This document shows positions 56,151 to 64,000 of a stretch of DNA of 64,000 bases, piece by piece (position 1 is the stretch's first letter; every line of letters begins with the position of its first letter). The position numbers and the translations under genes were made by a program. Origin of the DNA: an uncultured Flavobacterium sp. (GTDB taxonomy: Bacteria; Bacteroidota; Bacteroidia; Flavobacteriales; Flavobacteriaceae); NCBI GenBank assembly GCA_964559365.1, contig CAZLGK010000002.1, forward strand, positions 238-64,237, read 5' to 3'. Under the pieces are notes generated by a model. The model made no database searches, was not told where the DNA came from, and saw only the letters and a program-made list of their open reading frames with translations.

Positions 56151-57506
56151 CTACTCAATCAAAGCTTTCACCTCATCAAAATTCAATCCTCCATAATTTC
56201 CAGAGCTCATTAAAAGCAAGGCTGAATTATCAAAATTTTGAGAAAACAAGAAATCTTTAAATTCTGTTGGGTTTGTGTAAATTATTAAATCATCACGTTT
56301 AAAAGATTGTGCAATTTGGTCGTAGGTTACTTCTTCTAATTGTTTGATTTTTACAGCATCTGGCGAATAAAAAACAACAGCAACGTCTGCCGACTCTAAC
56401 GCTCCTTCATACTCTTTTAAAAATTCAGCATTTAAACTAGAATACGTGTGTAATTCTAAACAAGCGATTAATTTTCTATCTGGATATTGATTTTTAACAG
56501 CTTTAGTAGTGGCTGAAACTTTACTTGGCGAATGTGCAAAATCTTTGTAAGCAACTTTAACATTTCCTTCTGCAATTTTTTCCAAACGTTTGCTTGCTCC
56601 TTTAAAAGTTGCAATTGCTTCATAGAAATCGGCTTCGTCAATTCCCATATTTTGGCAAATCCATTTGGCTCCTGCTAAATTATTTAGATTGTGAGCTCCA
56701 AAAACTTCGATGGGCATTGGACCATCAGGAGTTTCTAATAATGTAATTCCATTTTCAACCGAATATTCTGGAGTTGTATAAGGAATTCTTCTAATTTGGT
56801 TATCCGTTTCTTCGGCAACTTCTTTTACCGTTGCATCTTCTTCATTATAAACTAAAATTCCTCCTTTGGTAATTTGATTGGTGAAAATTCGAAATTGCTC
56901 AACGTAATTATCAAATGTTGGAAAAACATTAATATGATCCCAAGCAATTCCTGAAAGCAACGCAATATTTGGTTGATATAAATGAAATTTCGGACGTAAA
57001 TCCATTGGTGAAGACAAATATTCATCGCCTTCCAAGACAATAAAATCGTTATCTTCTGTAAGATGAACCATGGTATCAAAACCTTCAAGTTGTGCGCCAA
57101 CCATATAATCTACTTCAACGTTATGATAATGCATTACATGTAAAATCATTGAGGTAATAGTTGTTTTTCCATGTGAACCACCAATTACCACTCTGGTTTT
57201 ATCTTTTGATTGTTCATATAAAAATTCGGGATAAGAATAAATTTTTAATCCTAATTCTTGTGCTTTTAACAATTCTGGATTATCAGCTTTTGCGTGCATT
57301 CCAAGAATAATTGCATCAATATCGGCATTTATTTTCTCTGGAAACCAACCCATTTCATTTGGCAACAATCCTCTTTTTTCTAAACGTGATTTTGAGGGCT
57401 CAAAAATAGCATCGTCACTTCCTGTAACTTTGTATCCTTTATTATGTAAAGCTAATGCTAAATTATGCATTGCTGCTCCGCCAATTGCTATGAAATGTGT
57501 TCTCAT
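56151..57506 (-). CDS. mpl: Murein peptide ligase Mpl (MurC-like)
   Basis: HFIAIGG, GSHGKTT, EGDEY, DHIN, DFAHSP. Confidence 0.8.
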   Translation of the reverse strand: MRTHFIAIGGAAMHNLALALHNKGYKVTGSDDAIFEPSKSRLEKRGLLPNEMGWFPEKINADIDAIILGMHAKADNPELLKAQELGLKIYSYPEFLYEQSKDKTRVVIGGSHGKTTITSMILHVMHYHNVEVDYMVGAQLEGFDTMVHLTEDNDFIVLEGDEYLSSPMDLRPKFHLYQPNIALLSGIAWDHINVFPTFDNYVEQFRIFTNQITKGGILVYNEEDATVKEVAEETDNQIRRIPYTTPEYSVENGITLLETPDGPMPIEVFGAHNLNNLAGAKWICQNMGIDEADFYEAIATFKGASKRLEKIAEGNVKVAYKDFAHSPSKVSATTKAVKNQYPDRKLIACLELHTYSSLNAEFLKEYEGALESADVAVVFYSPDAVKIKQLEEVTYDQIAQSFKRDDLIIYTNPTEFKDFLFSQNFDNSALLLMSSGNYGGLNFDEVKALIE

Positions 57507-57593
57507 TGTTATGTTTACGTGTTTAAAAGATTATAAGTTTAAGAGTTCGACCTACTGCCTTTAAACTATTAAACTTCTATACTTCTAACCTAT

Positions 57594-58274
57594 TTATTTA
57601 AATTCCTTTTTTAATTGTTCCGCTTTTGATTTGTCCTTTAATTTATTCAAATACAAATCGTATAATTTTTCAAAAGTCGTTTGAGAATTGCCGATTCTAT
57701 GTGCATTTAAATAGTTTTTCTCGGCATTTTCATATCGTTTAAAATAGACATCAATATACCCTTTTGATAAATAACCATCCACTTTTGAAAGATGCATTAA
57801 CTCATTAGCATACACCTGAGCTTTTTTTTCACTACCTCCAATAATAGCAGGAATTTCAATATAAAACATTATTAAAGCCCAACGAGAATCTATATGAGTT
57901 TTATCTAATTTTGCAGCTGTCAAAAAAGCATCTTCAACATCACCAATCATTCCTAAAGCAGCAAACTTATTACTTTCTTTTGCCTTCATTCCTAAAGCTC
58001 CTCCATATTTATAATGGTAATTAGCATCTTGAGGGTTTAATTTTTTAATTTTTTCATAACACTTAATAGCTTCATCCCATTCTTTATAAATACCTGCAAT
58101 GTCGCCTAAATATTCTGTCGTTTTTAAATCTGACGGATATTCGTTTAGGTAATTTTTAAAATACGTTTTGGCTTCCTTATATTTTTTTTGATCAAATAAC
58201 TTCTCTCCTTTTTCAAAATTAGATTGAGAAAAAACAGAAAAAGTAATAAAGACAAAAAAGATGAAATATTTCAA
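57594..58274 (-). CDS. Exported tetratricopeptide-repeat protein
   Basis: Signal peptide; repeated A/G/Y-patterned helices; TTG start. Confidence 0.8.
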   Translation of the reverse strand: MKYFIFFVFITFSVFSQSNFEKGEKLFDQKKYKEAKTYFKNYLNEYPSDLKTTEYLGDIAGIYKEWDEAIKCYEKIKKLNPQDANYHYKYGGALGMKAKESNKFAALGMIGDVEDAFLTAAKLDKTHIDSRWALIMFYIEIPAIIGGSEKKAQVYANELMHLSKVDGYLSKGYIDVYFKRYENAEKNYLNAHRIGNSQTTFEKLYDLYLNKLKDKSKAEQLKKEFK

Positions 58275-58389
58275 AGTATAAAATTTTGATTCAAAAATAA
58301 TGACTTAAATTAAAAATAACTCATAATTTTATTTATTTTTAACCTGTTTTGAAATTATATTAAAAAATAACCCATTTAAAAAACAACCG

Positions 58390-59175
58390 ATGAGCGATAA
58401 AAAAATTACAAAAATTGATGGAGCTGACGAACAATCAACTCAATCAAGAGGATTTGTTCCTACAGAGGAAAGCAAAGGAAAAGCTACACAATTAAGAATG
58501 TTTGCAGCATTATCATGGCTTGGTGCTATTGGTGCTCAAATTTGGGCAATTACTTTTTTATTCAAACAACCACAGCCTGAAAACTTCATGACATGGATGA
58601 TTGCATTAATCGTTGTAGATTTAGCTTTCGCAATCTTAGGTTCGTACTTATGGAAAAAATCGAACAGATTAGATCCTGCTTCAGAGAAAAACAAATTTAT
58701 GTTTTTTATGCAAAGTCAATTAGGACTAGTTGTTGCCGTAATTGCTTTTTTACCGTTAGTAATTTTTGTACTTACAAGTAAAAATCTTGACGGAAAACAA
58801 AAGGGAATTATTGGAGGAATTGCTGCAGTCGCTTTAGTTATTGCTGGAATTACAGGTACTGATTTTAATCCGCCATCAGTTGAAAAATATACAGAACAAA
58901 CAGCGCAAGTAGAAGAACTAAACAATGGCGTAAATCATGTTTTTTGGACAAAATCTGGAAAAAGCTTTCATTTATTTCAAGATTGTCACACAATTAATAA
59001 AAAAGCAACAACAGAAATTTTCCAAGGAACTGTTGCTCAAGCAAGAGAATTGAAAAACATTACTGACCTTTGTGATTTTTGTGAGAGAAAAGCTGAAAAA
59101 AATAAAGCTACAGAAAATATTATAGAAACTCCTGAAACAGAAGAAAGTGCTATCGAAACAGAAGCTGCTGAATAA
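58390..59175 (+). CDS. 4-TM membrane protein with C-terminal H/C/CxxC putative metal-binding domain
   Basis: Four hydrophobic segments; VFWTKSGKSFHLFQDC...LCDFC; acidic tail. Confidence 0.75.
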   Translation: MSDKKITKIDGADEQSTQSRGFVPTEESKGKATQLRMFAALSWLGAIGAQIWAITFLFKQPQPENFMTWMIALIVVDLAFAILGSYLWKKSNRLDPASEKNKFMFFMQSQLGLVVAVIAFLPLVIFVLTSKNLDGKQKGIIGGIAAVALVIAGITGTDFNPPSVEKYTEQTAQVEELNNGVNHVFWTKSGKSFHLFQDCHTINKKATTEIFQGTVAQARELKNITDLCDFCERKAEKNKATENIIETPETEESAIETEAAE

Positions 59176-59192
59176 TTCCAAATAAACTATAT

Positions 59193-59230
59193 AAAAAAAT
59201 CCGACTAGCAAATGTTAGTCGGATTTTTTT
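59193..59230. terminator. Bidirectional intrinsic terminator
   Basis: A7-TCCGACTAGCA-AA-TGTTAGTCGGA-T7. Confidence 0.88.
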
Positions 59231-59249
59231 GTGAATTATATTGTAAAAA

Positions 59250-60251
59250 CTATACGTTTAACATTTGCCAAAGCTTATCCTTAAGTTCTATTAAACCTTG
59301 TTGCGCAACAGAAGAAATAAACATATAAGGAACTCCTTTTAGGTCTTTATCCAATACTGCTTTCATTTCTGATTGAAGTTCTTCATCTAACATATCTGAT
59401 TTAGAAACTACTAAAAGCCTATCTTTATCAAGCATTTCTGGATTATATCTACGTAATTCATCTAATAGAATTTCATATTCTTTCTTAATATCATCTGCAT
59501 CAGCAGGAACCAAAAACAATAAAGTTGAATTACGTTCAATATGACGTAAGAAGTAGTGACCTAAACCTTTTCCTTCTGCTGCCCCCTCAATAATTCCAGG
59601 AATATCTGCAATTACAAACGATTGAAAATCTCTGTAAGCCACAATTCCTAAATTTGGCTTTAATGTTGTAAAAGGATAATCTGCAATTTTTGGTTTAGCC
59701 GAAGTTAATACAGAAAGTAATGTTGATTTACCCGCATTTGGAAAACCAACTAAACCAACATCAGCCAAAACTTTTAACTCTAAAATAACGTCTAATTCTT
59801 CAGATGGCATTCCCGGTTGAGAATAACGAGGTGTTTGATTTGTTGAACTTCTAAAGTGCCAGTTACCTAAACCTCCTTTTCCTCCTCTTGCTAAAATTTT
59901 AGTTTCATCATGTTCTGTAATTTCAAACAGAACCTCTCCAGTTTCTTTATCTTTTATTACAGTCCCTAATGGAACCTCTAAATATTTATCTTCTCCATCA
60001 TGACCAGTACTTCTAGAACTTCCTCCATCACCACCATGACTACCTTTTAAGTGTCTTACAAATTTCAAATGAAATAACGTCCAAAGATTTTTGTTTCCTT
60101 TTACATAAACATGTCCTCCTCGACCTCCATCTCCCCCATCTGGCCCACCTTTTTCAATAAATTTTTCTCTATGTAAATGCGTAGAACCTTTACCTCCTTT
60201 TCCGGAAGCAACATATATTTTTACGTAGTCTACAAAATTCCCCTCTGTCAT
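59250..60251 (-). CDS. obgE: GTPase ObgE/CgtA
   Basis: [30 protein letters not shown]. Confidence 0.98.
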   Translation of the reverse strand: MTEGNFVDYVKIYVASGKGGKGSTHLHREKFIEKGGPDGGDGGRGGHVYVKGNKNLWTLFHLKFVRHLKGSHGGDGGSSRSTGHDGEDKYLEVPLGTVIKDKETGEVLFEITEHDETKILARGGKGGLGNWHFRSSTNQTPRYSQPGMPSEELDVILELKVLADVGLVGFPNAGKSTLLSVLTSAKPKIADYPFTTLKPNLGIVAYRDFQSFVIADIPGIIEGAAEGKGLGHYFLRHIERNSTLLFLVPADADDIKKEYEILLDELRRYNPEMLDKDRLLVVSKSDMLDEELQSEMKAVLDKDLKGVPYMFISSVAQQGLIELKDKLWQMLNV

Positions 60252-60290
60252 TATTTCTCGTTTAAAATCTTGAATTAATTTTCAAAATTT

Positions 60291-61409
60291 CTATAAATTA
60301 TCTATTACTTTACTTAATCTTTCAGTAATTTCTTCAATAGAACCAATACCGTTTACTGCATGAAATTTATTTTGTGCTGCATAATAATCCATTAAAGGAG
60401 CTGTTTTTTCATTGTATTCTTGGTATCTATTTCTAATCTTATCAACATCTTGATCATCTGCTCTACCTGAAGTTTTTCCTCTTTCTAATAAACGTTGCAC
60501 TAAAATCTCATCATCTGCCTCTAAAGCAACAGTAGCTGTTACGTTCCAATCTTTTGTTTTCAAAAACGCATCTAAAGCATCTGCTTGAGCAATTGTTCTT
60601 GGAAAACCATCAAATAAAAACCCTTTAGAATCTGAGTTTTTTTCAACCTCATCTTGCAACATTTTGATTGTTACCTCATCTGGAACTAATTCTCCTTTTT
60701 CAATAAATGATTTTGCTAATTTACCTAAATCGGTATCATTTTTCATATTGAATCTAAAGATATCTCCAGTTGAGAGATGTGTTAGGTTGTATTTTTGTTT
60801 TAAGAATTCAGCTTGTGTTCCTTTTCCAGCACCGGGCTTTCCAAATAAAACGATATTAATCATGTTGTTGTGTGTATTTGTGTTAGCTAATTGATAAACG
60901 TGTTTTAAATTTCGGCCTAATCCATCATAATCTAATCCGTAACCGACAATAAACTTATTAGGAATTCTTATTCCTACATAATCTAATTTAATATCTTTCT
61001 TATAGGCTTCAGGTTTAAAGAATAAAGTTGCAATTTTAAAATGCTTTACTTTTTGTTCTTTAAATATGTTTTTTAATTCTTCAACTGTATTACCAGTATC
61101 TACAATATCCTCAACAACTATTACTGACCTTCCTTCTAAACTTTCATTTAATCCGATAAGTTGTTTTACATTATTAGTAGATTGAGTTCCTTCATAAGAA
61201 GACAACTTTACAAAATTCACTTCGCAAGTATGTTCATAGTGTTTCATTAAATCAGCCATCACCATGAATGAACCGTTTAAAACCCCAATAAAAACAGGTA
61301 TCTCTTCACTAAAATCAGCTGCTATTTGTTTTGCCAGATTTTGAATAGCAAAATCTATCTCTTTAGCCTGAATAAAAGCCTCAAATTTTTTATCGTGTAG
61401 CTGTATCAA
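60291..61409 (-). CDS. adk: Hypoxanthine phosphoribosyltransferase-adenylate kinase fusion (hpt-adk)
   Basis: N-half: VLNGS, VVEDIVDTGNT, FIVGYGLDY. C-half from ATG 60863: GKPGAGKGT, LSTGD, DGFPRT. No stop between the halves. Confidence 0.9.
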   Translation of the reverse strand: MIQLHDKKFEAFIQAKEIDFAIQNLAKQIAADFSEEIPVFIGVLNGSFMVMADLMKHYEHTCEVNFVKLSSYEGTQSTNNVKQLIGLNESLEGRSVIVVEDIVDTGNTVEELKNIFKEQKVKHFKIATLFFKPEAYKKDIKLDYVGIRIPNKFIVGYGLDYDGLGRNLKHVYQLANTNTHNNMINIVLFGKPGAGKGTQAEFLKQKYNLTHLSTGDIFRFNMKNDTDLGKLAKSFIEKGELVPDEVTIKMLQDEVEKNSDSKGFLFDGFPRTIAQADALDAFLKTKDWNVTATVALEADDEILVQRLLERGKTSGRADDQDVDKIRNRYQEYNEKTAPLMDYYAAQNKFHAVNGIGSIEEITERLSKVIDNL

Positions 61410-61435
61410 TTTTAGAAATTTTTAGAAATAAACAA

Positions 61436-61443
61436 CAAATTTA
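61436..61443 (-). promoter_or_regulatory. -7 element TAAATTTG for hpt-adk-obgE
   Basis: Exact match with TTG 18 nt upstream. Confidence 0.65.
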
Positions 61444-61507
61444 CTAAACTCATAAGGATTTCAATTAAAGTATTTTATTTTTTTTGCAAAATTGATATAT
61501 TTACTAA

Positions 61508-62053
61508 ATGATTACAGAAATGTTTACTAAAATTGATCTGAGTACTGCCGGAAAAAAAAGCAGAATTACGGTAAGTAATTTTGCTATGAAAAACGATAAA
61601 AATTTAGACGAACTAATTACTATTGCATTTAATATTTATCACAAGAACCATATAAAGGCTTTTTGGTCTTTAGAACTAGTTTGTGAAAAAAAAATAAAAT
61701 TACTAGTTCCATATATCGATAAGTTTTGTGAAATTTTGCAAAAGTTAAAAGAAGATTCAGCTATAAGACCTGCTACAAAAATCTGTATGTTTTTAGCTAA
61801 AAGCAATCATAGAAAAAATGGAATTTCGCTTTCCAAAGAGCAAGAACATATTATTATTGAAAACTTGATTGATCGATTAATTCAGGATGAAAAAGTAGCA
61901 GCAAAAGTATATGCGATGAAAGCACTATTTGTTTTTGGAAAAAAATACAATTGGATAAATGAAGAATTAAAAACCATAATCACACAAGATTCTTATAAAC
62001 ATTCTGCAGCGTACCAAGCTTGTACCAGGAATACTTTGAAAAAATTAAAATAA
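61508..62053 (+). CDS. Hypothetical alpha-helical (HEAT-like) protein
   Basis: 181-aa ORF with amphipathic helical pattern; no catalytic motif recognised. Confidence 0.65.
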   Translation: MITEMFTKIDLSTAGKKSRITVSNFAMKNDKNLDELITIAFNIYHKNHIKAFWSLELVCEKKIKLLVPYIDKFCEILQKLKEDSAIRPATKICMFLAKSNHRKNGISLSKEQEHIIIENLIDRLIQDEKVAAKVYAMKALFVFGKKYNWINEELKTIITQDSYKHSAAYQACTRNTLKKLK

Positions 62054-62089
62054 GACAATATGTTAATTGTTAATTCATATTTGCTTAAG

Positions 62090-62097
62090 TATCTTTG
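62090..62097 (+). promoter_or_regulatory. -7 element TATCTTTG for purKE
   Basis: Exact match with TTG 20 nt upstream. Confidence 0.7.
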
Positions 62098-62168
62098 TAG
62101 CACAAACAACAAAACACAACTGCTCAAGCAAGACAAAAGCATGAGTAAAATAAAATAACTACCACGAA

Positions 62169-63329
62169 ATGAATTACTTTTCTTCTGATTTTAAATTAGG
62201 AATTTTAGGCGGAGGCCAATTAGGTAAAATGCTTTTAACCGAAACTAGAAAATTTGACATTCAAACTTTAGTCCTAGACCCAAGCGAAGAAGCGCCGTCT
62301 CGTTTTGGTTGTAACGCTTTTTATAAAGGAAGCTTAATGGATTATGATACGGTTTATCAATTTGGAAAAATGGTAAACGTACTTACAATTGAAATAGAGA
62401 ATGTAAATTTAGATGCTTTAGACAAACTTGAAGAAGAAGGACTACCTGTTTTTCCATCGCCAAAAACGTTGCGATTAATTCAAAATAAAGGAAAGCAAAA
62501 AGATTATTATGTAGCCAATGGTATCCCAACTTCTAAACATTTACGCTTTGTAGGCTTAGACGACCTCAGAGATGGTTTATCCAAAGATGATATAGATTTT
62601 CCTTTTGTATGGAAAAGCGCACAATTTGGCTACGATGGAAACGGTGTGAAAATTTGTCGTTCTGCATTAGACTTAGTCAAATTACCAGATGTTGAATGTA
62701 TAGCGGAAGAATTAATTCCTTTCAAAAACGAGTTAGCTGTAATAGTTTCGCGTTCTGCAAATGGTGAAATAAAAACATATCCGGTTGTAGAAATGGAATT
62801 TCACCCAGAAGCCAATCAGGTGGAATATGTAATTTGTCCAGCTAGAATTGAAGATTCGGTTGCTGTAAAAGCACAAGAAATAGCATTAAAAGTTTCTCAA
62901 GCGTTTAATCATGTTGGTTTATTAGCTGTTGAAATGTTTCAAACTGAGAATGATGAAATTTTGGTAAACGAAGTAGCTCCAAGGCCACATAATTCTGGGC
63001 ATTATTCAATAGAAGCCAGTTATACTTCTCAATTTGAAAATCATATTCGTGCAATTTTAGGTTTACCATTAGGAAATACAACCAGTAAAGTTGCGGGTAT
63101 TATGGTGAATTTAGTTGGCGAAGAAGGTTTTACAGGGCAAGTAGTCTACGAAAACATAGAAAAAATAATAGCTATTGATGGTGTTACCCCACATATTTAC
63201 GGAAAAAGAGAAACACGTCCGTTTAGAAAAATGGGACATGTTACTATCGTAAATCCGAATATGGAACAAGCAAGAAAAGTTGCTGAAGTAGTAAAAAATA
63301 CAATTAGAGTAATTAGTCTTAATTCATAA
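62169..63329 (+). CDS. purK: N5-CAIR synthase
   Basis: GILGGGQLGKM, GYDGNG, NEVAPRPHNSGH, RKMGHVT. Confidence 0.97.
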   Translation: MNYFSSDFKLGILGGGQLGKMLLTETRKFDIQTLVLDPSEEAPSRFGCNAFYKGSLMDYDTVYQFGKMVNVLTIEIENVNLDALDKLEEEGLPVFPSPKTLRLIQNKGKQKDYYVANGIPTSKHLRFVGLDDLRDGLSKDDIDFPFVWKSAQFGYDGNGVKICRSALDLVKLPDVECIAEELIPFKNELAVIVSRSANGEIKTYPVVEMEFHPEANQVEYVICPARIEDSVAVKAQEIALKVSQAFNHVGLLAVEMFQTENDEILVNEVAPRPHNSGHYSIEASYTSQFENHIRAILGLPLGNTTSKVAGIMVNLVGEEGFTGQVVYENIEKIIAIDGVTPHIYGKRETRPFRKMGHVTIVNPNMEQARKVAEVVKNTIRVISLNS

Positions 63330-63338
63330 AAATAAACA

Positions 63339-63818
63339 ATGAGTAAAGTAGCCGTGATAATGGGAAGTATTTCTGACATGCCAGTTATGAAAGACGCCAT
63401 AGACATATTAAAAGGATTTGATATTGAGGTAGAAGTAGATATTGTATCTGCTCACAGAACGCCTGAAAAATTATTTAACTTTAGTCAAAATGCACACACA
63501 AGAGGAATTTCAGTAGTAATTGCAGGTGCAGGTGGTGCAGCACATTTACCAGGAATGGTAGCATCAATGAGTCCATTACCGGTAATTGGTGTTCCGGTAA
63601 AATCAAGCAACTCTATTGATGGTTGGGATTCTGTTTTATCAATCTTACAAATGCCAGGAGGTGTACCAGTTGCAACGGTTGCATTAAACGGAGCTAAAAA
63701 TGCAGGAATATTAGCTGCTCAAATCATAGGAAGTCATGACAAATGCGTGTTAGATAAAATTGTTTTATACAAACAAGGATTAAAAGAAGCAGTAATAAAA
63801 GCTTCGGAAATTTTATAA
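63339..63818 (+). CDS. purE: N5-CAIR mutase
   Basis: MGSISD, SAHRTP, AGGAAHLPG, QMPGGVPVATV. Confidence 0.98.
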   Translation: MSKVAVIMGSISDMPVMKDAIDILKGFDIEVEVDIVSAHRTPEKLFNFSQNAHTRGISVVIAGAGGAAHLPGMVASMSPLPVIGVPVKSSNSIDGWDSVLSILQMPGGVPVATVALNGAKNAGILAAQIIGSHDKCVLDKIVLYKQGLKEAVIKASEIL

Positions 63819-63846
63819 AAAAATGAAGCTCCATCACTGGAGCTTC
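63817..63846 (-). terminator. Intrinsic terminator with its U-tract on the minus strand
   Basis: GAAGCTCCA-N4-TGGAGCTTC, followed on the minus strand by ATTTTTTT. Confidence 0.75.
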
Positions 63847-63926
63847 TGAAAATCTATTCACATTTAAGTGACAACTATAAAAAAAATTCTGCTTGGGGCA
63901 AAAAGGTCTCTTTCATTATCATTTCG
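63817..63926 (-). ncRNA. Candidate ~110-nt sRNA or small-ORF transcript convergent with purE
   Basis: Bounded by a consensus promoter (63931-63961) and a terminator (63817-63846). Confidence 0.5.
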
Positions 63927-63930
63927 TCGA

Positions 63931-63961
63931 CAAAAATATACACTTTATCGATAATTACAAA
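63931..63961 (-). promoter_or_regulatory. Consensus promoter TTTG-N19-TATTTTTG
   Basis: -7 at 63931-63938 and -33 TTTG at 63958-63961. Confidence 0.65.
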
Positions 63962-63966
63962 ATATT

Positions 63967-64000
63967 ATGACTGTTTTTTTAGAAAAATTCAATACAAAAC
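63967..64000 (+). CDS. 5' end of a CDS running off the window (MTVFLEKFNTK...), possibly an M3 peptidase
   Basis: ATG with open frame to the edge. The FNTK start recalls flavobacterial Dcp/M3 peptidases, but only 11 codons are visible. Confidence 0.35.
   Translation, partial: MTVFLEKFNTK

Noticed and set aside
61410-61429. TTTTAGAAAT direct repeat x2 upstream of hpt
   Set aside because: Only two low-complexity AT-rich copies; likely chance or slippage

Overview
AT-rich Bacteroidota (Flavobacterium-like) chromosomal window. The assignment rests on TAnnTTTG -7 promoters, A-rich SD-less initiation regions and the rpsL-rpsG-fusA-rpsJ order without tuf. Layout: (1) 1-17.7 kb is a Wzx/Wzy-type capsular polysaccharide locus on the minus strand (wza, wzc, nucleotide-sugar enzymes, flippase, FrhB-like Fe-S protein plus pyruvyltransferase, glycosyltransferases, acyltransferase, EpsG polymerase, initiating transferase cut by the window edge). 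(2) 17.7-27 kb is housekeeping (recR, Na+:solute symporter, marC, arginase-ctlX, gltA, carA-eno). (3) 27-44.2 kb is the str/S10/spc/alpha ribosomal cluster. (4) 44.4-64 kb is mixed core and accessory genes (Omp85, rlmB, rhomboid, crp-yiaA, rarA, yjjG, DUF3299 ABC module, radC, DUF1287, mpl, obgE, hpt-adk fusion, purKE). I found no rRNA, tRNA, CRISPR array, transposase or prophage. The best leads are an unannotated promoter-to-terminator ~110-nt transcript downstream of purE, a 16S helix-21-like hairpin before rpsH, a structured rpoA-rplQ spacer, the FrhB-like/pyruvyltransferase pair (possible lactyl-ether capsule modification), the arginase-ctlX operon, the hpt-adk fusion and several apparently leaderless genes. 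All calls come from reading the sequence; no database searches were run.
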